This document shows, one piece after another, positions 63,009 to 64,000 of a stretch of 64,000 nucleotides of DNA. The notes under the pieces are model-generated. The model was given only the letters and a program-made list of their open reading frames with translations. It did not search any database and was not told the DNA's origin. Position 1 is the first letter of the stretch. Each line of letters starts with the position of its first letter. A program made the translations under genes and the position numbers. Source of the stretch: Clostridia bacterium (GTDB lineage: Bacteria; Bacillota; Clostridia; JAAYHZ01); contig JBMNIH010000011.1 of NCBI GenBank assembly GCA_050950825.1, forward strand, positions 79,163 through 143,162, read 5' to 3'.

Positions 63009-63899
63009 ATGAAACCTCAATCTTTCGATGATGTTCATTCTTTCCGGGTACAAATCGATTCGGTTGATTTTACCGTCACCATAACCGATAGAATCTTTGC
63101 ATCGGAAAAGGATTTTTTTTATCTTCCTCATAACCACTCGGTGTATGAAATACAATACATAGCCGAAGGAACATGCCAAATTAACACCCAGAAAAAAGGC
63201 TATACGGCACAAAAAGGCGATATTTTTATTAATCATCCGAATGAGTATCATGTGTTTATAAGGCCAAAAGATGAAAATGTACATTTTACGATATTCAGCA
63301 TGTATTTGGCTTTTGAGAAAGAGCAAAGCGAAATACAGGATCCTCCTTGTTCTTCCCGTACCTTGGAATCGCTTTTGAACTCCCGTTACCATATTCATGA
63401 TTCGACAGGAAAGGTTGAAGAATTGTTACTGCTGATACATAATGAACTTGTTCAAAAGAGGTTTGGATATAAAGATGCCGTGCGAGGATTGCTCACCGTT
63501 TTGCTAACAAAGATATTTCAATTATTGATACCGGTAGAAACACCTACGGTGCAAGATAAAAAATCATTGAACGATTCCGATCGGATGATTACCATAGAGC
63601 GCTTTTTCCTTTTTAACTACCACAAAGATGTAACCGTTCAGGACTTGGCTAATGAACTTTATGTATGCTCACGTCGTGCCAATCAAATCCTCAATGAAAT
63701 GTTCGGGTGTTCTTTCACCAGAAAACTAACCCTTACAAGACTGGAAGTAGCCAAGTTCCTTCTTAAAAATTCCGATTATACGATAACGGATATCTCCTCC
63801 ATGTGCGGCTTCAACAACAAAAACTACTTCAACACCGTCTTCCGACAAGAATTCAACATGTCGCCTTTAGAATATCGTATGTTAAAAGGAAGAGTATAA
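63009..63899 (+). CDS. AraC-family transcriptional regulator (cupin sensor)
   Basis: HNHSVYEIQY, CGFNNKNYFNTVFRQEFNMSPLEYR; GGAGG RBS. Confidence 0.92.
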   Translation: MKPQSFDDVHSFRVQIDSVDFTVTITDRIFASEKDFFYLPHNHSVYEIQYIAEGTCQINTQKKGYTAQKGDIFINHPNEYHVFIRPKDENVHFTIFSMYLAFEKEQSEIQDPPCSSRTLESLLNSRYHIHDSTGKVEELLLLIHNELVQKRFGYKDAVRGLLTVLLTKIFQLLIPVETPTVQDKKSLNDSDRMITIERFFLFNYHKDVTVQDLANELYVCSRRANQILNEMFGCSFTRKLTLTRLEVAKFLLKNSDYTITDISSMCGFNNKNYFNTVFRQEFNMSPLEYRMLKGRV

Positions 63900-64000
63900 C
63901 GAGTTTTTCATCATTTGCCGTTAAAACTCTTATTCTTACTCTTACATTACATATTTCTCGCATAATATGTTATTATTTTGCAAACTACTATACAATCTAC

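Overview
A 64-kb window from a low-GC Firmicute, probably Clostridia (inferred from gene content and GGAGG ribosome-binding sites). It contains carbohydrate-use genes (AGE epimerase, heparinase II/III-like protein, GH109-like and GHL10-like enzymes, two paralogous ABC solute-binding lipoproteins, AraC regulators) and an atypical F-type ATP synthase operon (atpBEF-[delta/alpha fusion]-GDC). It also has an AbiL/RloAB-like defence pair, a cluster of antibiotic-modifying-enzyme homologues, an ISLre2 abutting a broken IS30, several pseudogenes, and a type III-A CRISPR-Cas locus (cas6-cas10-csm2-5-csm6) without cas1/cas2. The top finding is a 495-bp element with no protein gene (21359-21858) inserted exactly into the GGAGG Shine-Dalgarno of a lipoprotein gene. 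Its predicted RNA has an internal loop whose two strands match the two sides of its own insertion site, which fits a recombinase-less IS110/IS1111-type bridge/seek-RNA mini-element. The second is a cryptic set of four degenerate CRISPR repeats directly behind csm6 that keep the Cas6 hairpin through G-U wobbles. All family calls come from motif recognition by eye; no database searches were run.
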